Source of the DNA: an uncultured archaeon
GTDB taxonomy: Archaea; Thermoproteota; Nitrososphaeria; Nitrososphaerales; Gagatemarchaeaceae
Direction of reading: 5' to 3'
Assembly: GCA_963799775.1 (NCBI GenBank)
Contig: CAWCYD010000003.1
Span: 1,952,001 to 2,016,000 of the forward strand
DNA: 64,000 nt
Part shown: positions 55,928-64,000 of the stretch, piece by piece
Numbering within the stretch: the stretch's first letter is position 1
Layout of the letters: each line of letters starts with the position of its first letter
Made by a program: the position numbers and the translations under genes
Notes under the pieces: model-generated
Databases searched by the model: none
Told to the model about the DNA's origin: nothing
What the model saw: only the letters and a program-made list of their open reading frames with translations

Positions 55928-57445
55928 GTGTCGGCGGCCGAGAAAGGACCGAGGCTCCGGTGCCAGCGTTTGCAATACAAGTGGATCGTCCTCTCCAACA
56001 CGACTCTCGGCACGCTGATGGCGTCGCTGGACACGAACATCGTCCTCATAGCCCTCCCGACTATTTCCAGGGAGCTCAAGGCCACCTCCTTCTTCGACCT
56101 TCTCTGGGTGCTCCTCGGATACCAGCTGGTGAACGGCTCCCTCCTCGTCAACTTCGGCCGCCTCGCAGACATGTTCGGTCGGGTCAGGCTCTACACCTTC
56201 GGCTTCGCGATATTCACGACGGCCTCGGCGCTCTGCAGCCTGGCCCAGACGGGGGAGCAGCTGATAGCGTTCAGGCTGCTGCAGGGTGTCGGCTCAGCGT
56301 TCCTCTTCTCGAACAGCGGCGCGATAATCACTGACTCGTTCCCGTTGGAAGAGCGCGGGAGGGCGCTTGGGATCAACCAGGTCTCCATCGTCATCGGCTC
56401 GTTGCTGGGGCTCGTCCTGGGCGGCGTGCTGACGACGGTGGCAGGGTGGAGGTCCATCTTCTACGTCAACATCCCAATCGGCATCTTCGCAACCGTCTGG
56501 TCCCACTACCAGCTGAAGGAGCTCGCGACTATCAGGAAGGGGCAGAAGCTGGACATCGTCGGGAACGTGACGTTCGCGGGAGGGCTCGCGATGGTCCTCG
56601 GGGCGATAACGCTCTACGCAGTCTCCCTCGTGCCGCTCGACGAGTTCTTCGTCCTCTTTGTCGGAGGTGTCTCGCTACTCGTCGCCTTCGTGTACACGGA
56701 GCAGAGGGTGAAGGAGCCGATGCTCGACCTCTCCCTCTTCAAGATCAGGCTTTTCACCGCGGGGACGGTCGCCAGCCTCCTGCAGTCGCTGGCGAGGGGG
56801 GCGGTCACCCTCGTCTTGACCTTCTACCTGCAGGGGCCGTCGATGGCCCTTAGCCCTTTCACAGCGGGCGTCTTCCTCATCCCCATCTCGGTCGGGATCG
56901 CCTTTCTCGGGCCTCTCAGCGGTCACTACTCCGACAGATACGGGCCGAGGTTCTTTGCGACCTCGGGACTCCTTGTCTCGTGTGTGGGCTTCGTCATCTT
57001 GTCGGATATCGGGAAGACCGTCACCTTCTGGCAACTCGCGCTCCCCCTGTTCCTGGTCGGAGCCGGGATCGGCCTCTTCCAGTCCCCGAACAGGGCGTCT
57101 GTGATGAACTCCGTCCCGGCGAGGGCCAGGGGGATAGCCTCGGGGACGGCCACGACCGTCTTCGTGGTGGGGGCGAGCTTCAGCCTGAGCCTGGCCTTCT
57201 TCATCCTCACCTCCGGGGTCCCGATTGCAGAGCTCCAGAACATCTTCGTCGGGGGGACAGCGGCGGCCAACGCAAGCTGGGTCAACAACTTCATCAGCTC
57301 GATTCACATCGTCTATTACCTGTCCGCGGCGTTTGTTCTCGCGGGCGTCATCCCGTCCGTGCTTAGAGGGCCTTCAAGAGCCCAGGCGGTTGGGAAGCAG
57401 AAAGAAGAGGGCGCAGACAATCGTATGGACGAACCACCCAAGTAG
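55928..57445 (+). CDS. MFS transporter, DHA2 (14-TM) family
   Basis: LDTNIVLIALPTI, GRLADMFGR, WRSIFYVNIPIG, EPMLDLSLF. Confidence 0.93.
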   Translation: MSAAEKGPRLRCQRLQYKWIVLSNTTLGTLMASLDTNIVLIALPTISRELKATSFFDLLWVLLGYQLVNGSLLVNFGRLADMFGRVRLYTFGFAIFTTASALCSLAQTGEQLIAFRLLQGVGSAFLFSNSGAIITDSFPLEERGRALGINQVSIVIGSLLGLVLGGVLTTVAGWRSIFYVNIPIGIFATVWSHYQLKELATIRKGQKLDIVGNVTFAGGLAMVLGAITLYAVSLVPLDEFFVLFVGGVSLLVAFVYTEQRVKEPMLDLSLFKIRLFTAGTVASLLQSLARGAVTLVLTFYLQGPSMALSPFTAGVFLIPISVGIAFLGPLSGHYSDRYGPRFFATSGLLVSCVGFVILSDIGKTVTFWQLALPLFLVGAGIGLFQSPNRASVMNSVPARARGIASGTATTVFVVGASFSLSLAFFILTSGVPIAELQNIFVGGTAAANASWVNNFISSIHIVYYLSAAFVLAGVIPSVLRGPSRAQAVGKQKEEGADNRMDEPPK

Positions 57446-57610
57446 CCATATGTTTGAGCGCAATAAATACCCTAGATGTAAATGTGTTCACACAATTTAT
57501 AGTCAAGAGTCAAACGTTTGGTGACTATTTATAATAAGAATCCAATCGTAAGTTTTTAGCATAACGTTTAAGTAAAACTATGATGTTACATCCTCCAAGG
57601 GAAAAGTCTC

Positions 57611-57983
57611 ATGAAGAAGATTGAAGCAATAATCAGAAGGGAAAGGTTCCCTAATGTCGATGCCGCGCTGAAACAGCTAGGCGTCGGCGGTCTGACAGTT
57701 GAGGAGGTCGCCGGACGGGGCCGCGCTAGGCACACCACGACGGTCTTGGCAAAGGGCCGATGGAATTACGAAGAGGAGTACATCAAGAGGCTCAAGGTCG
57801 AGATCCTCGTGCAGGACTCTAATGCGCAGCCCGTGATCGACGCCATAATCGCGCACGCTTCTACGGGGTCGGTGGGAGACGGGAAGATCTTCGTCTCGAC
57901 AGTGGACGAGGCTCCTCGACATCGGCTCAAAGGCGGTCGACGAGAAGGCAGTCGCATTCGCGACCATCCCAAGGCAGAACTAG
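57611..57983 (+). CDS. glnB: P-II family signal transduction protein (frameshift ~57910)
   Basis: MKKIEAIIR, GVGGLTV..V.GRGR, TGSVGDGKIFVS; shifted tail LDIGSKAVDEKAV. Confidence 0.85.
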
Positions 57984-58087
57984 GGAATCACACATCGAGT
58001 CAGGCGCAAGAAGCAAAGGCGCCTGACCCATTTAGTTTACCACCCCAGTGCTAACCCTAATCGGGCTGAAGAAGACATATCTACTTT

Positions 58088-58969
58088 TTGCGCGCGAGAA
58101 CCTCGGTCGTGATTCCGCGCCAGTTCGTGCTGCACTCGCCAACCTCACTTTCTGAGGCGACGTCACTTCTCAGGAGACTGGACGACGCGAAGGTCCTTGC
58201 CGGCGGGCAGAGCCTTGTGCCCCTGATGAAGCTCAGGCTCGTAAGTCCCGCCAACATCGTCGACATCGGGAGAATTCCGGGGCTGAGTTACATCAAGAAG
58301 GACAGCGGCCATCTTCTGATTGGCTCGATGACGACCCACAACGACGTCGCAGTTTCGCCTCTCGTCGAGCAGAGCTGCGTCATACTCTCGGAGGCGGCCC
58401 GACAGGTAGGCGACAGGCAGGTGAGAAACAGGGGGACGATAGGTGGAACGACATGCCACGCCGACCCCGCAGCGGACATCCCGGCCGTCCTCCTCGCTTT
58501 GGACGCGGAGTTCACGGCGGCGGGATCCAAGGGGACCCGAGTGATCAAGTCCAAGGACTTCTTCCAAGACCTGCTCACGACGAGCCTCAGGAGCGGAGAG
58601 ATCCTAACCGAGGTCCGAGTCCCAGTCCTTCCCCCTAGGACCGGAGGCGCTTACGTGAAGCTCCACAGGGCCAAGGGTGATCTGGCGACTGTCGGCGTGG
58701 CGGCCGCGGTCACACTAGACAAGTCGGGGGACTGCGAAGACGTGAGGCTGGGCCTTGCCGGAGTCGGTTTGACTCCTCTGAGAGCTTCGAAGGCCGAGGC
58801 CACTTTGAGGGGACGCAAGCCTAGCGAGAAGCTCATCTCCGAGGCAGGAGAGAACGCGGCGGAGATATCGAGCCCGACCTCAGACGTGATGGGCACGGCC
58901 GAGTACAAGCGGGAGATGGTCAAGGTCTACGTCAAGCGGGCGATCCGGGAGTGCCTGAGCAAGGTCTGA
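58088..58969 (+). CDS. Molybdenum hydroxylase FAD subunit (CoxM/CutM-like)
   Basis: LAGGQSLVPLMKLR, QVRNRGTIGG...DPAAD. Confidence 0.92.
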   Translation: MRARTSVVIPRQFVLHSPTSLSEATSLLRRLDDAKVLAGGQSLVPLMKLRLVSPANIVDIGRIPGLSYIKKDSGHLLIGSMTTHNDVAVSPLVEQSCVILSEAARQVGDRQVRNRGTIGGTTCHADPAADIPAVLLALDAEFTAAGSKGTRVIKSKDFFQDLLTTSLRSGEILTEVRVPVLPPRTGGAYVKLHRAKGDLATVGVAAAVTLDKSGDCEDVRLGLAGVGLTPLRASKAEATLRGRKPSEKLISEAGENAAEISSPTSDVMGTAEYKREMVKVYVKRAIRECLSKV

Positions 58970-58975
58970 AGTGAG

Positions 58976-59507
58976 TTGGCAGAGTCGAACGCGCCCAAGC
59001 AGGTGAACCTCACCGTCAACGGCGAGAAGCGGTCCGGAGTCGCCGAGGCTATGGCACCTCCTCTCCTACTTCATCAGGGGGGAGCTGGGGCTCACGGGCA
59101 CCCACATCGGGTGCATCGTCGGAAGGTGCGGAGCCTGCTCGGTCGTCCTCAACGGCAAGGTGGTCAAATCATGCATGATCTTCGCGCAGCAGGTCGAGGG
59201 GGCCGAGCTCCTCACCATCGAGGGGCTGGCGCAAGGCGCGCAGCTCCACCCAATCCAGGAGGCGTTCTGGGAACACCACGGGCTCCAGTGCGGCTACTGC
59301 ACCCCGGGCATGATCCTCACGACGCTCGACCTGTTGCAAAACAACCCGGACCCCACGGACGAGGAGATCAGGGAAGGGATCTCGGGCAACCTCTGCATGT
59401 GCACGGGCTACGTCAACATCGTGAAGTCGGTGAAGGCTGCGGCGCAGAACATGGGAGCCACGAGAAAGGGGAAGGCTACTCCTTCCCGCTCTCGGCAGAG
59501 ACGATGA
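58976..59507 (+). CDS. Molybdenum hydroxylase 2Fe-2S subunit (CoxS/CutS-like; frameshift ~59050)
   Basis: LTGTHIGC..GRCGAC, QCGYCTPG, GNLCMCTGY. Confidence 0.9.
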
Positions 59508-60878
59508 CCTTGCGCTTCGGCGCCTGCTTCAGCTTCTGAGCCATTATCCCCGTAAGGCCCGCCGCCTCGACCCTCTTCTTCGCCTCTTCCACGGCCTTGG
59601 GCACGGTCTTCGCCCACCAGCCCCTCTCTCCCATCCTAGTCCGGAAGGGCGGCTTTGTCATCGAGTAGGTCGCCGTCAGCCCCTTCTCGGTCTTCATCAT
59701 CTCCCCGACGAACGCGACGAAATCGCCGATGACCGTCTCCCTCGGGAGGACGAGCGGGCCCCACCCGAATGCGGCGCGGGCCGCGTTGTAACCCGCGAGC
59801 GAGCCCGTGACCATGCACTCTTGGATGCCGACGTTGGTGCCCTCCCTTCTCTCCGGCGACGAAGAGGTTGCGGAACCCGATTACCCTGAGCGAGTCGTCC
59901 CTGGGCGCCATCGACATGAACCTCACCGCATTGCCCACGCCCCCTCCGAGAGGGTCCGAGTAGCGCGCGTCCTGCATGCCCTTGAGCTTCCTCACGTCCT
60001 CGAGGGGCATGAAGACGAGCCCGTTCGCCTTGAAGAAACCCGGGTAGGCGACCTTGATGGACTTGACATGGGACGGGTCGTACGGGAGGTTTGTGCTCAG
60101 GCCTATCTTGGTCATGTTCTGGACCTCCTCGGGGACGGGGATCTTCGCGCTCCCCTCCCTCTTCACCTCCTCCAGAAGCTCCGGGTCGATCGAGTCGTCG
60201 TAGAAAGAGCAGGCCGAGCTGAGGCCCCCGAAGCCTCCCCCGTGCTTCGCGTCGCGTATCTTCCGGAGCTCCGGCGCGCCCGCCTTCGTCGCGATGCTCA
60301 CCCTGTCCCCGAAGCTGTTGCAGCGGAGCATGCACTCCACGCAACCGTAACCATAATCCTTGCAGATCTGGACGCCGCCCGCCCCTCCACTCCCGTCGAC
60401 GAAAGCGTCGGCCTCGAGCTTCTGGCCTTTCTCCAGCAACACCTTGAGGACCATGTCGCCCTGGGCGTTCTGGGCCTTGCCCACCTCGACGTCGACCGCC
60501 TTGTTCCCGAAGATCAGCTCGACGCCGATGTCCCGGAGGTATCTCCTGATGGCGGTCTCCGCCTTCATGCAGTGGAAGATCGCATTGGCGTGGACCTTCT
60601 GGACGAGGTCCGTCCACCGCGCTCCAGTTCATGTCCGTCCGAGGATAGAGCAAGACCGGAGGGTTCTCGATGATATCCACGATCCACCCGCCCCCAAGCG
60701 CCTTTAGCTCCTCGGTGCCCGCCTGCCTCCCGTCGTTGTAGAAGATCCCCGAGTGCAGGCCCACGCCCATGAGCTGGTCTGTCCTCTCGACAAGGGTCAC
60801 GTCCGCGCCGGCCTTCTGGGCGCAGGCCGCCGCGCTTATCCCGCCGAAGCCCGCCCCCACGACGACGACCTTGGGCAT
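59476..60878 (-). CDS. GidA/MnmG-superfamily FAD-dependent oxidoreductase (frameshifts ~60590, ~59835)
   Basis: VVVVGAGFGGISAA, CGCVECMLRC-like Cys motif (GYGCVECMLRC), NLFVAGEK, VTGSLAGYNAAR. Confidence 0.8.
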
Positions 60879-60961
60879 CTGAGAATTTTTCTCGGCGAGT
60901 CGCGTTATAAGGCTAACTCGGATAGATAGGATAAATATTCACGGAGCGAGCACAAAGCTCG

Positions 60962-63394
60962 TTGCCGGGGCCCGAGCCGACCAAGGGGCGTCCTGCGGTG
61001 AAGCGCTGGGTCGGCAAGTCGATCAAGATCAAGGAGGACCGCAGATTTGTCCAGGGCAAGGGCCTCTACTCCGACGACATCAAGCTGGAGCCGTTGCTCC
61101 AGGCCGCCGTCCTCAGGAGCCCGCACGCGCACGCGAGGATCAAGAGCATCGACGTCTCAAAGGCCAAGAAGCTCAAGGGCGTCGTCACAACCCTCACAGG
61201 CCCGGAGCTCTCGAAGCTCACGGACCCGATGCCGAGCAGGACCGGCTATCCCATCAAGGAGTACGCGATGGCAGTCGAGAAGGCCGTCTACGCAGGCCAG
61301 CCCATAGTCGCGGTCGCGGCCGAGACGCGCGGGATTGCCGAGGACGCCCTGGACCTCATCCAGGTGGAGTACGAGCCCCTCCCTGCCGTCGTCGACCCCG
61401 AGGAGGCGATGAAACCCAACGCGCCCAGGATCTTCAAGGACGTGGAGAACAACACCTTCTTCTCGATAAAGCTGGAGTACGGGGACACCGCGAAGGCCTT
61501 CCGCGACGCCGACCTCGTCCTCAAGGAGCGCTTCTCGGTCCACAGGTATAGCTCGACGCCCCTCGAGCCGGACACGGTGGTGGCGCACTACGACAGGTCG
61601 CAGAACCTCCTCACCTACTACTGCAACGCCACGGGCTCCGGCTACCTGAGGGCGCAGACCAAGGGCTTCCCGGTCAAGGATGTCAGGGTGAGGTTCGTGA
61701 TCCCCGACATCGGAGGGACCTTCGGCGAGAGGTTCAGCGTCGCCCTGCAGGACATGACGATCGTCTCGCTCCTCTCCTGGAAGGCGGGCAAGGCAGTGAA
61801 GTATGTCAAAGACAGGCGGGAGATGCTGATGGCGGGGACGGAGGGCGCGAGGGACGCCGTCTACTACATGGAGATGGCGCTCAAGAAGGACGGCAGCATC
61901 CTCGGGCACAGGCTCAAAGACATCACGAACGAGGGAGGCTCCGCCTACTACGCCGGCTACTACAACACGATCAAGCTCACGAACATCACGGGCCTCTACA
62001 AGATGAAGAACGTCGCGCTCGACGCCTACTCGGTCGCCACCAACAAGGGCCCCGGAGGGTCGAACCGGGGCCTGAGCAAGCCTCACATGGGCTTCATCCT
62101 CGAGAGGATGGTCGACCTAGCCGCGAAGAAGCTCGCGCTCGACCCGGCCGAGATCCGCCGCAGGAACCTCATCAGCGCAGACGAGCTTCCCTACCGCACC
62201 CCGAGCGGGAACGTCATCGACGCGGGCAACTTCCAGGAGCTGCTCGAGAAGGCCCTGAAGGCCGTCGACTACGAGGGGTGGAGGGCTAAGCAGAAGGCGC
62301 TCCGGAAGAAGGGCAGGCACATCGGGATAGGCATCGCCTGCAACGTCGACCCAGGAGGCGCGAACCCAGGGAGGGAGCACATGGCCCGGGGCGGCTCGCG
62401 CGTCCCCGGCCAGAGGCTGACAGGCGCGACGGTCAGGATGGACCCGCTCGGGAAGGTCACGGTCCAGATCGCCGCGACGAACTGGGGGCAGAGCCACGAG
62501 ACCACCACCTCACAGGTCGTGGCAGACGAGCTCGGGGTCGCCCCGGACGACATCGAGGTCTCCTCCGTCTTCGACAGCTTCAGCAACCCGTGGTCGAGCC
62601 ACTCGGGGACGGGCGCCGACAGCTTCACCAGCGTGGACATGGGAGCGATAGTGGCCGCGTCGCGGAAGGTGAGGGCGAAGATCTTGAGGTTCGCCGCGAT
62701 GCTCCTCGACGCAAGCCCCGATGACATCCAGCTAGACGAGGGCAAGGCGTTCGTCGTGGGGGCACCCGACCGCTACGTCCCGATGGCAGACGTCGCCGCA
62801 TCCGCCTACGACAGGGTGAGGGCCGAGACGCTTCCCCCTGGTGTCGAGCCCGGCCTTCATGAGACTGCCTACTACTTCTACCCCTACGCGGACCTCCCCG
62901 ACGAGAAGAAGAGGGTCTCGGCCCACAACAACTACGGGAGCCAGGTCAACGTCGCCGTCGTCGAGGTGGACGTCGAGACCGGGAGGACCCACATCCTGAG
63001 ATACGTCGTCACTCACGACGCGGGCACCCTCATCAATCCGATGGTGGTTGAGGGGCAGATACACGGGCACGTCGCCCACATCGTCTCCGCCGCGCTGGGG
63101 GAGGAGATGGTCTGGGCCCCCGACGGGCAGATGCTCACCTCGACCTTCGCGGACTACATGAAGAACACGGCCGTCGACTCGCCGGACATAGAGGTCAGCC
63201 ACTTGGAGTATCCATCGCCCTACACGGCAACCGGCGGGAAGGCTGTGGGCGAGGGACCGACCATCCCGGTCTTCCCGGCGGTGGCCAACGCCGTGGAAGA
63301 CGCCCTCTCTGACTACGGCGTGAAGATAACGGACCTCCCCCTTCTCCCCTCGAAGCTCTGGACCTTGATCCAGGCAAGCCGCGCCAAACGCTGA
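60962..63394 (+). CDS. Xanthine dehydrogenase-family molybdopterin subunit (CoxL/CutL-like)
   Basis: RSPHAHARI, IGGTFG, GQSHETT, NPMVVEGQIHG, GKAVGEG. Confidence 0.93.
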   Translation: MPGPEPTKGRPAVKRWVGKSIKIKEDRRFVQGKGLYSDDIKLEPLLQAAVLRSPHAHARIKSIDVSKAKKLKGVVTTLTGPELSKLTDPMPSRTGYPIKEYAMAVEKAVYAGQPIVAVAAETRGIAEDALDLIQVEYEPLPAVVDPEEAMKPNAPRIFKDVENNTFFSIKLEYGDTAKAFRDADLVLKERFSVHRYSSTPLEPDTVVAHYDRSQNLLTYYCNATGSGYLRAQTKGFPVKDVRVRFVIPDIGGTFGERFSVALQDMTIVSLLSWKAGKAVKYVKDRREMLMAGTEGARDAVYYMEMALKKDGSILGHRLKDITNEGGSAYYAGYYNTIKLTNITGLYKMKNVALDAYSVATNKGPGGSNRGLSKPHMGFILERMVDLAAKKLALDPAEIRRRNLISADELPYRTPSGNVIDAGNFQELLEKALKAVDYEGWRAKQKALRKKGRHIGIGIACNVDPGGANPGREHMARGGSRVPGQRLTGATVRMDPLGKVTVQIAATNWGQSHETTTSQVVADELGVAPDDIEVSSVFDSFSNPWSSHSGTGADSFTSVDMGAIVAASRKVRAKILRFAAMLLDASPDDIQLDEGKAFVVGAPDRYVPMADVAASAYDRVRAETLPPGVEPGLHETAYYFYPYADLPDEKKRVSAHNNYGSQVNVAVVEVDVETGRTHILRYVVTHDAGTLINPMVVEGQIHGHVAHIVSAALGEEMVWAPDGQMLTSTFADYMKNTAVDSPDIEVSHLEYPSPYTATGGKAVGEGPTIPVFPAVANAVEDALSDYGVKITDLPLLPSKLWTLIQASRAKR

Positions 63395-63412
63395 GCCGAG
63401 GAGCGGATTCTT

Positions 63413-64000
63413 TCAGTTCGCCATGGGCCTGATGGCCCGCGGAGGCACGTGCACGTAGATGTCCTCGCCGTCGCCAGCGACCGAATCCACCTCGAACTTG
63501 TGCTTCGTCACGATGATCTCTGCGTTCCCGACGCGGATCCTGTTGTCCGTGACGGCGCCCCTGTACTCCCTGGCCACTATCTTCCCGCTCAGCACGTTCT
63601 CCTTGTAGTCCGGCTTGACCTTGCTCAGGCCTATCTCGTTGCGCCTTATCACGACATAAGACACGTTGTCTGGCAGCTCTCCGTCGAACTGACAGACCAG
63701 CTCGACCCCCACGTCAGGCATACTGAGGGTGGCCATCCTTGTCGCCCTGTCTACGCTCTTGACCTCGGCCTTGAGGATGTTGCCCCGCCCGATGAACTCG
63801 GCGACAAAGAGGTTCGCGGGGGTCGCATAGAGGCTCTCCGGCACGCCCTCCTGCTCGATTCTTCCATCGTGCATCAGGATGACCCTGTCGCAGATCACAA
63901 AGGCCTCCTCCTGGTCGTGGGTGACAAAGACGGTCGTTATCCCGATGCGTTTCAGGAGCTCCCTGAGCTCTCCCCGCACGCGCTCGCGCTCCTTCTGGTC
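63413..64000 (-). CDS. ABC transporter ATPase, C-terminal part (5'-truncated by window)
   Basis: VFVTHDQEEA, FVAEFIG, TOBE-like tail. Confidence 0.88.
   Translation of the reverse strand, partial: DQKERERVRGELRELLKRIGITTVFVTHDQEEAFVICDRVILMHDGRIEQEGVPESLYATPANLFVAEFIGRGNILKAEVKSVDRATRMATLSMPDVGVELVCQFDGELPDNVSYVVIRRNEIGLSKVKPDYKENVLSGKIVAREYRGAVTDNRIRVGNAEIIVTKHKFEVDSVAGDGEDIYVHVPPRAIRPMAN

Noticed and set aside
891-60878. Many frameshifted genes as pseudogenes or programmed frameshifts
   Set aside because: Single-base indels, often in short homopolymers, are spread across unrelated and otherwise intact genes with no slippery-site pattern; long-read consensus error is the simplest explanation.
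42673-62745. Long alternative-frame and antisense ORFs (e.g. 42673..43689, 59807..60673, 61157..62086)
   Set aside because: Shadow ORFs expected in high-GC coding DNA; Arg/Pro/Gly-rich with no motifs, overlapping well-supported genes.
58088-63394. Aerobic CO dehydrogenase (coxMSL)
   Set aside because: Large subunit lacks the AYxCSFR signature; only a family-level call is supportable.

Overview
High-GC archaeal chromosome segment. TATA-like boxes sit ~25-35 nt before short-leader starts, and PriL, CdvA, AbrB-PhoU, thermopsin-like proteins and thaumarchaeal-type receiver domains are present, so it is most likely a Nitrososphaerota/Thaumarchaeota-related lineage (inference). Many genes are broken by single-base indels, probably long-read assembly errors. 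Most of the window is ordinary accessory metabolism, transport and secreted proteins. Highlights: (1) a compact operon at 11263-13503 encoding a divergent Ku (hidden by two indels), a minimal ATP-dependent DNA ligase and an ASFV-sized family X polymerase, i.e. a candidate NHEJ system using PolX instead of the AEP/LigD polymerase of known prokaryotic NHEJ; (2) a visibly lower-GC island at ~33139-40403, bounded and subdivided by copies of a ~60-bp site with internal dyad symmetry, made of repeated wHTH-AbrB-pseudo-receiver modules with variable secreted (thermopsin-like) cargo; (3) a primase large subunit whose Fe-S domain appears replaced by a PriX-like domain; (4) several unannotated Cys/His-rich or hyper-acidic microproteins. 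No tRNA, rRNA, CRISPR array, integrase or transposase was recognised. All family assignments are by eye from motifs; no database search was run.
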